Of a DNA stretch of 64,000 nt, positions 57,906 through 64,000 are shown one piece after another. How positions within the stretch are numbered: the stretch's first letter is position 1; each line of letters begins with the position of its first letter. The stretch comes from Spirochaetia bacterium (lineage in GTDB: Bacteria > Spirochaetota > Spirochaetia > DSM-2461). The notes beneath the pieces are model-generated. The model worked only from the letters and a program-made list of their open reading frames with translations. It made no database searches and had not been told where the DNA came from. The position numbers and the translations under genes were made by a program. The stretch is taken from positions 608,001 to 672,000 of the forward strand of contig CAXXIA010000001.1 of the NCBI GenBank assembly GCA_963666985.2, read 5' to 3'.

Positions 57906-59558
57906 ATGGTTGAAGCACTTAAGACGAACGCGTTTCGGGGAAAGCGAAAAGGACCGGTGGTGCTCTGCATCATGGACGGTGTCGGGTTCGGCGCATATGA
58001 AGAAGGCGATGCCGTAAAAGCGGCGCATACGGAATATTTCAAAGAGGCGCTTGAAAAGTGGCCCGGAACCAAATTGAAGGCGCACGGAACGGCGGTCGGC
58101 CTTCCTTCCGACGATGATATGGGAAATTCCGAGGTTGGACATAACGCCATGGGATGCGGACGCGTGTTCGCCCAAGGCGCCAAGCTCGTGAATAAATCCA
58201 TTGAGACGAAGGCCCTGTTCGAGGGGGCCACCTGGAAGAAATTGGTTTCCAATGTTAAATCTTCCGGCGGTTCGCTCCATTTTATCGGACTTCTTTCGGA
58301 CGGCAACGTTCATTCCCATATAAACCAGCTCAAGGCGCTCATCGAAGGCGCGAAGGCCTCGGGAGTCGGCAAAGTTCGTGTTCACGGATTGCTCGACGGA
58401 CGGGACGTCGGTGAAACAAGCGCTCTGGATTATTTTACGCCGTTCGAGGAATTCCTCGCCGGACTCTCGGACGGAAGTTTCGACGCACGCTTCGCTTCCG
58501 GAGGCGGCCGCATGAATATTACCATGGACCGCTATGACGCCGATTGGAGCATGGTGCATCGGGGATGGAAAACCCATGTTTTGGCCGAAGGGGATCTTTT
58601 TTCCAGCGCCACGGAGGCCATTACTTCACTTCGGGAAAAAACAGGCGCCATCGATCAGGATTTGCCCCCCTTTATCGTTGCCGGAAAAGACGGGAAGCCG
58701 GCCGGTCCCATCATCGACGGAGATTCGGTTATTCTCTTCAATTTCCGCGGCGACAGAGCCATTGAACTTTCCAAGGCCTTCGAAACCGGCGATGATTTCG
58801 ACAAGTTCGACCGCGTTCGTGTTCCGAAAGTCGAGTATGCCGGAATGATGGAGTATGACGGCGATGCGCATATTCCCTCACAGTATCTGGTTACTCCGCC
58901 GGCCATCGACAGAACCATGGCCGAATATCTTGTGGCTTCGGGCGTGAAACAGTATTCCATCAGCGAAACGCAGAAGTTCGGTCACGTTACGTATTTCTGG
59001 AACGGAAACCGCACCGGCTATTTCGATAAGAAGCTGGAAACCTATGTGGAAGTTCCATCGGACATTGTTCCCTTTGAACAACGGCCAGCGATGAAGTGCG
59101 CCGAGATTGCCGACAAGGTTATCGCAACGATCGCCTCCGGTGAGTATCAATTGATCAAACTGAATTTTCCCAACGGGGATATGGTGGGACACACGGGCGT
59201 CTATCAGGCCGTTCTGGCCTCCATGGAAATCATGGACCTTCAGATCGGACGCATTAAAGCGGCTGTGGAAAAGGCCGGAGGCATTCTGATTCTTACCGCG
59301 GACCACGGCAATTCGGATGATATGTTTGAAAGGAAGAAGGGACAGGTTGTCTACAAGGAGAACGGAAAGCCGAAGGCGAAAACGTCTCATTCCCTGAATC
59401 CTGTTCCTTTCCTCGTTTTCGATCCCTCCTATAACGGGGAATACTCAACAACGTTCAAGGAAGGGCTGGGAATCAGTTCGGTAACCGCCACCTGCATCAA
59501 CCTTTTGGGATATGAGGCTCCGGAGGATTATGACGAGGGGATTATAACGTTTAAATAA
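57906..59558 (+). CDS. gpmI: 2,3-bisphosphoglycerate-independent phosphoglycerate mutase
   Basis: MDGVG, MGNSEVGH, LDGRD, NFRGDR, ETQKFGHVT, DMVGHTG and TADHGN motifs. Confidence 0.97.
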   Translation: MVEALKTNAFRGKRKGPVVLCIMDGVGFGAYEEGDAVKAAHTEYFKEALEKWPGTKLKAHGTAVGLPSDDDMGNSEVGHNAMGCGRVFAQGAKLVNKSIETKALFEGATWKKLVSNVKSSGGSLHFIGLLSDGNVHSHINQLKALIEGAKASGVGKVRVHGLLDGRDVGETSALDYFTPFEEFLAGLSDGSFDARFASGGGRMNITMDRYDADWSMVHRGWKTHVLAEGDLFSSATEAITSLREKTGAIDQDLPPFIVAGKDGKPAGPIIDGDSVILFNFRGDRAIELSKAFETGDDFDKFDRVRVPKVEYAGMMEYDGDAHIPSQYLVTPPAIDRTMAEYLVASGVKQYSISETQKFGHVTYFWNGNRTGYFDKKLETYVEVPSDIVPFEQRPAMKCAEIADKVIATIASGEYQLIKLNFPNGDMVGHTGVYQAVLASMEIMDLQIGRIKAAVEKAGGILILTADHGNSDDMFERKKGQVVYKENGKPKAKTSHSLNPVPFLVFDPSYNGEYSTTFKEGLGISSVTATCINLLGYEAPEDYDEGIITFK

Positions 59559-59579
59559 CGTATGGCGCCCCTTTCAGGG

Positions 59580-59608
59580 CTCGCCGAATCGTTTCTCGAT
59601 TCGGCGAG
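59580..59608. terminator. Hairpin between convergent genes, probable terminator
   Basis: CTCGCCGAATCG-tttct-CGATTCGGCGAG, a perfect 12-bp stem with no clear U tract. Confidence 0.6.
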
Positions 59609-59621
59609 TGATTATACGTGT

Positions 59622-61367
59622 TTAAAGAAGGCTTTTCAGGCGGCGTTTGTCGGCGCCGGCCGCCTTTTCGATTGTTTGATCGAAGAGGGCATGTTTTTCT
59701 TCCGAGTTTAAAGGGGCCAAAAGAGCGCGGATGAGCTTCTTTTCATTCCTTCCGCCTTCTTTCAAACGAAGAGGAAGGGATGAGGCCCATCCGGAAGAGT
59801 CGGTCCAGGAAAGAAGTTTTTTCCTCGCCGATGAATCGACGATTTCCCAGGCCTTAAGAAAAGACTCTCCGGCACGCGGCCCGGCAAAAGCAGCCGCTTT
59901 CTTAAGGGATGCTGCTGATGTAATGCCCTCGGCAAGAAGTTTAACGGCGGCTCCGTCCGGACCATGCGCCAGTAAATCACCTTTGGCCGCATCGTTCAGA
60001 TATTCGGCATTCTCCAAAATACACCGTGCCGGTGCCGTGCCTCCCGCTTCGCGAATACCGGCCAGAATCGATTCTTTTTCATCTTCGGAAGGAGCGCCGG
60101 AAAGATATTCGGCCAGATAACTGCCGCCTCCCTCCGATGAAAGAACGGCCAATCCGCGGGCGGCCGACCTCCGAACCCGGTCAACCGGATCGCTCAGAAG
60201 AGAGGGCAGCCTTTCTATCGCTTGGGCCGGAGCCAGAACGGCGAGAGACGCGGCCGCCGAGCGGCGAATATCGGGATCTTCATGATCAATGGATTCGGCT
60301 ATTCTCGGCACCCAGTCGTTCCAGCCTCCGAGAGCGGCCATTGTATACAGAACCACGGTGATTCTTTCTTTATCGGGCGGCGGGAAGGCCAGCGTTACGC
60401 TTCGGCGGAAGTTGGCCTCATCCAATGGAAGACGGGAGAGTTCTTCGGCCAATTCTTCATAGGCGGTTTCGGAAAGCGGGAAAAGTTTTTTTTCGAGCTC
60501 TTCAATATCGCGCAGGGAAAGATCCTCCCTCGGCGTTTCCGGAGCGCGGGAACCGAGAATGCTGCGGACAAGATCGTCCCGTCCCGCGTGTCCCGCCAGC
60601 TTAACGGCCAATTCCTTACGGGAGGATTTGGCGGGTGAAAAATTTTCCAGATAATCCGCGACACCGTTCGATGCGGCGGCTTCAAGGATGGAAAGAGCTT
60701 CGGCGGTTCCCGATTCAAAGAGTCTGCCGAGCGTGCCCCATCTCTGCAGCGCCCTTGCCGCCCGGAAAGAGGCTTCTTTATTCTTCGAGAGAAGTAAAAC
60801 CTCGGCGCGCTCTTCATCGGAGCGCGTATTGCCTTCGAGCGCATCCAGGATGAGCATTCGCGAAAGGAGCGGAAGACCTTCGAAATCAACCGCATAGAGG
60901 TCGGCGAAAGAGACGGCCAAACGTTTCCCCGCCGCCGCTCTGACTCTGGAATCGGGATCTTCCCGGATAAGTTTAATCAGTTGGTTGTAAAGGCGTGTTC
61001 GATCCATCCCCGCCGCGGCAAAACGCGCCGAATCGGTTCGAATCAAGGCATTCGAATCGGTCAATCCTTTTTGGAGAAGCGTATTCTCGGCCGATCCCGC
61101 CGAGCTCCCCAAGAGAATGAGCCTGCAGATTCGGCGCTGTGCGCTGTTTCCGGATTCCGACATGCGGCGCAGATCGGATTCCGGAAGGCTGAACGCTTCG
61201 GTTAAGCGCCGGATTTTCATTGTATCGGGGAAATCTCCCGCATAAAGATTCAGCGCGTCAAATACGTTTTCCTTTCCCGCGCTTCGAAACAGAACTTTAA
61301 GCCTTAAAGCCGATTTCCGCCCTTCCAGGAGCTTCGCGATTTCCTTCGGAGTGACTGTTCGGGTCAT
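59622..61367 (-). CDS. HEAT-repeat protein
   Basis: Repeats DSNALIRTDSA, DPDSRVRAAAG, EDPDIRRSAAASL and DPVDRVRRSAARGL. Confidence 0.8.
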   Translation of the reverse strand: MTRTVTPKEIAKLLEGRKSALRLKVLFRSAGKENVFDALNLYAGDFPDTMKIRRLTEAFSLPESDLRRMSESGNSAQRRICRLILLGSSAGSAENTLLQKGLTDSNALIRTDSARFAAAGMDRTRLYNQLIKLIREDPDSRVRAAAGKRLAVSFADLYAVDFEGLPLLSRMLILDALEGNTRSDEERAEVLLLSKNKEASFRAARALQRWGTLGRLFESGTAEALSILEAAASNGVADYLENFSPAKSSRKELAVKLAGHAGRDDLVRSILGSRAPETPREDLSLRDIEELEKKLFPLSETAYEELAEELSRLPLDEANFRRSVTLAFPPPDKERITVVLYTMAALGGWNDWVPRIAESIDHEDPDIRRSAAASLAVLAPAQAIERLPSLLSDPVDRVRRSAARGLAVLSSEGGGSYLAEYLSGAPSEDEKESILAGIREAGGTAPARCILENAEYLNDAAKGDLLAHGPDGAAVKLLAEGITSAASLKKAAAFAGPRAGESFLKAWEIVDSSARKKLLSWTDSSGWASSLPLRLKEGGRNEKKLIRALLAPLNSEEKHALFDQTIEKAAGADKRRLKSLL

Positions 61368-61395
61368 GATTTCCCCTTTTCGCCGCCGCTGTTAA

Positions 61396-62874
61396 TCAAA
61401 TAACCTTGGCAACGGCTTTTTTCCAGCCTTCATAAAGCATTTGCCTGCGCTCGGGATTCATGGAAGGCTTATAGGTTGTAGATGAGGAGGGAAGATGGGA
61501 GAGATCTTCAAAATCTTTCCAAATCCCCGCGCCGATACCCGCCATAAGCGCGGCACCCAAGGCCGTCATTTCCAAAGTATCGGGCCGTTCCACGGGAATC
61601 TCCAGAAGATCGCTTTGAAACCGCATGAGAAAGTCGCTTCGCGTTACGCCGCCGTCCACTTTCATGCGGCCCAGACTGTGTCCGGAATCGGCGATCATCA
61701 CATCGATCACATCCCTGGTTCGATAGGCAATGGATTCCAGAAACGCCCGGCAGATATGAGCCTTTTTCGCCGCTCGGGTGAGACCGAGAAGGGCTCCCTT
61801 GGCCTGATCGGCCCACCATGGCGTTCCGAGTCCCTGGAAGGCGGGAACAAGGTACACTCCGGCCGTATCGGGAACTTCTTCGGCAAGGATGTCGACTTCA
61901 TGAACATGAGAGATCAGATTCAAATCGTCACGGAGCCATTGAAGTACGGCTCCGGCCATGAACACGCTTCCTTCCAGGGCATAGGTGAGTTTATCGCCGT
62001 ATCCCCAGGCCACCGTGGAGAGAAGACCTCCCGGAGAGAAAACCGGTTCGCTTCCGACGTTCATGAGCATAAAACACCCGGTACCGTAGGTGTTCTTAAC
62101 ATCGCCCGTTTTAAAGGCCCGATGGCCGAACAGAGCCGCGTGCTGATCGCCTGCTATCCCCGTTATGGGTATGGAACGGCCGAAAAGACCGGGATCGCTT
62201 TCTCCGAAGAATCCGATTGAAGGATGAATCTCGGGAAGCATGGCACGGGGAATCCCCAGGATCTCCATCATTTGTGAATCCCAATCCCCTGTTTTCAGGT
62301 TCATCAGCATGGTTCGAGAGGCATTCGAAACGTCCGTTGCGTGGACTTTGCCTCCGGTCAGTTTCCAAAGAAGCCAGGAATCGATGGTCCCGAAGAGAAC
62401 TTCTCCGGCCTCGGCGCGGGGAAGAAGAGAAGGATCGTTCTCCAGTCTCCAGCGAATTTTCGTTCCGGAAAAATACGGATCGGGCACCAGGCCCGTTGTG
62501 GATCGGATGATTTCGGCATGGCCTTCTTTTTTCAGCCGAGCACAGATCTCGGAGCTTCTTCTGCATTGCCAAACGATGGCTCGTCCCAAAGGTTCGCCTG
62601 TTTTTTTATCCCAAAGGACAGTCGTTTCTCTTTGATTGGTGATTCCTATGGCGGCGATGGAATCGGCACCGCCGGGAACATCCTTCAGGGCTTCGCGGGC
62701 AACCGAAAGCTGTGTGTTCCAAATCTCTTCCGCATCGTGTTCCACCCAGGATTCCTTTGGTGTGTATTGAGTGAATTCACGCTGAGAGGTGGAAACGGCT
62801 TTACCGTTCAAGTCGAAAACTATAGCGCGGGAACTGGTGGTTCCCTGATCGAGTGCGAGTATGTATTTGTCCAT
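61396..62874 (-). CDS. glpK: Glycerol kinase
   Basis: DQGTTSSR, ITNQRET, YFSGTK, GDQ, KNTYGTG, YALEG and VDGG motifs. Confidence 0.97.
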   Translation of the reverse strand: MDKYILALDQGTTSSRAIVFDLNGKAVSTSQREFTQYTPKESWVEHDAEEIWNTQLSVAREALKDVPGGADSIAAIGITNQRETTVLWDKKTGEPLGRAIVWQCRRSSEICARLKKEGHAEIIRSTTGLVPDPYFSGTKIRWRLENDPSLLPRAEAGEVLFGTIDSWLLWKLTGGKVHATDVSNASRTMLMNLKTGDWDSQMMEILGIPRAMLPEIHPSIGFFGESDPGLFGRSIPITGIAGDQHAALFGHRAFKTGDVKNTYGTGCFMLMNVGSEPVFSPGGLLSTVAWGYGDKLTYALEGSVFMAGAVLQWLRDDLNLISHVHEVDILAEEVPDTAGVYLVPAFQGLGTPWWADQAKGALLGLTRAAKKAHICRAFLESIAYRTRDVIDVMIADSGHSLGRMKVDGGVTRSDFLMRFQSDLLEIPVERPDTLEMTALGAALMAGIGAGIWKDFEDLSHLPSSSTTYKPSMNPERRQMLYEGWKKAVAKVI

Positions 62875-63059
62875 GAGTCATTATCCGGTTTTGAACCTCG
62901 GATTGTCGAGACAATTTCGATCGAATCGGACTCCGAACGGATCAATTTGGAGTCCCGAATCGAGTCAATAACTAACTTTTTTCTTATTCGATAAGTAGAT
63001 AAGGTTACAGTAAGGAAAAAATCGTGATGATTCCGTAAAACCTGTCTATAATAATGATC

Positions 63060-64000
63060 ATGACAAAAATGCCGGTGATGCCCGGTGTCTGGTGGGTTGA
63101 GATTCCCGAAGCGGATTTAAGAATTCTCTGCGGTTCTCCCATGGACAGCGTTAAGCATCTTATTCGCCGGGGATTGATAAAAAAAGTTGAGAAGAACGGA
63201 GTTGTCTACGATATAGGACCCAATGCGATTCTTTTATCCGATAGACCGATTCAGAACGGGCTTTTTTGGAACCTGGCTGAATTCCCGGTACTCCACATGC
63301 TTTTTCAGCAGGGAATGGTTATCCCTCATCATCCCGGAAACACTGGAAGAAAACCGATTCTTATCGGAAATGAAAAGCGGGCTCAGGCCGTGCTTTCCTA
63401 TATTTACCGCGGAACTTACGGACTGGCCGACCGTTCGGAAATGGAAAGCGCCGGACTCTCCGGAAACGAACTGGAAACTCAGTGGCGGATAAAGCTTAAA
63501 TTCGCTTCCGGAAAAATAAAACCTCCGCATGAATTGATTGATGTTCTTCCCGTCGGAAACGATACGGTACGGCTCCCGGGAGGGGTTTCGGTTACAAGGA
63601 AGAGAACGAACCTTTTTTCGATTGAGTATAAAGGCAAATCGGTGGATGTCGATTTGGACCTGCCCGAAGGCGAGGATTGGAATGCCTCTTATGTTCTGGA
63701 GGGACGGAAAATCGAAGACGGATTTTTTTCCGTTGTTCATATCGGAGAAGGCAACGGATGGGATCCGGAACGGCCCTGCATGGGGAGTTTGGTTACCTAC
63801 AACGGCCGTCGCTACCTTATCGATGCGGGGCCGGGCATTGATTATTCTCTGGAATCCTTGGGGATTGATAAATCCGAGATTCGCGGGCTTATTATCACGC
63901 ATATTCATGACGATCATTTTGCCGGTTTGACGCGCTTGCTTCGCGGCGATTGGAAGGTGAAGGTGTACGCCACAAGGCCCGTTATGATGACCGTCAGGTA
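63060..64000 (+). CDS. MBL-fold protein with long N-terminal domain, runs off the right edge
   Basis: Not in the ORF track; translated by hand: MTKMPVMPGVWWVEIPEADLRILCGSPMDSVKHL...GEGNGWDP...LIDAGP...THIHDDHFAG (HxHxDH). Open to the window end. Confidence 0.85.
   Translation, partial: MTKMPVMPGVWWVEIPEADLRILCGSPMDSVKHLIRRGLIKKVEKNGVVYDIGPNAILLSDRPIQNGLFWNLAEFPVLHMLFQQGMVIPHHPGNTGRKPILIGNEKRAQAVLSYIYRGTYGLADRSEMESAGLSGNELETQWRIKLKFASGKIKPPHELIDVLPVGNDTVRLPGGVSVTRKRTNLFSIEYKGKSVDVDLDLPEGEDWNASYVLEGRKIEDGFFSVVHIGEGNGWDPERPCMGSLVTYNGRRYLIDAGPGIDYSLESLGIDKSEIRGLIITHIHDDHFAGLTRLLRGDWKVKVYATRPVMMTVR

Noticed and set aside
63234..63930. ORF-track calls 63234..63917(-), 63223..63492(+) and 63538..63930(+)
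   Set aside because: They are shadows of the real plus-strand MBL gene that starts at 63060 and runs off the edge.

Overview
This is a chromosomal segment from a spirochaete, most likely Spirochaetaceae. The evidence is two tandem FlaA-type sheath genes, a PilZ flagellar-brake gene, the dnaE-yggT-recG-rsmD cluster and spirochaetal lipoproteins. Most of it is housekeeping: LysM-amidase, rsmD, recG, dnaE, comEC, rsmA, tatD, fbaA, tRNA-Leu(TAA), msrAB, ttcA, hflX, metA, a UvrD/PcrA helicase, gpmI and glpK. Accessory parts are an AraC/TRAP/esterase islet interrupted by an IS1182, a heterodimeric ABC transporter and an AT-rich FecR-C-terminus/lipoprotein patch. The best leads are five. (1) A sugar dehydratase and aminotransferase are tightly coupled to a xanthine-dehydrogenase-like trio whose molybdenum subunit has lost its Moco motifs while the Fe-S and FAD subunits are intact. 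(2) A 33-bp tandem repeat upstream of a cNMP-sensor kinase has only synonymous variation in a frame encoding the amphipathic 11-mer LLGSLFRFAKQ. (3) A ~225-bp structured non-coding element is bracketed by direct and inverted copies of the tRNA-Leu 3' end. (4) A perfect Shine-Dalgarno sits in front of an ACG codon at rsmA. (5) Several genes appear to be leaderless. Three genes carry +1 frameshifts that may be sequencing errors. All calls are from motif recognition by eye; no database search was run.
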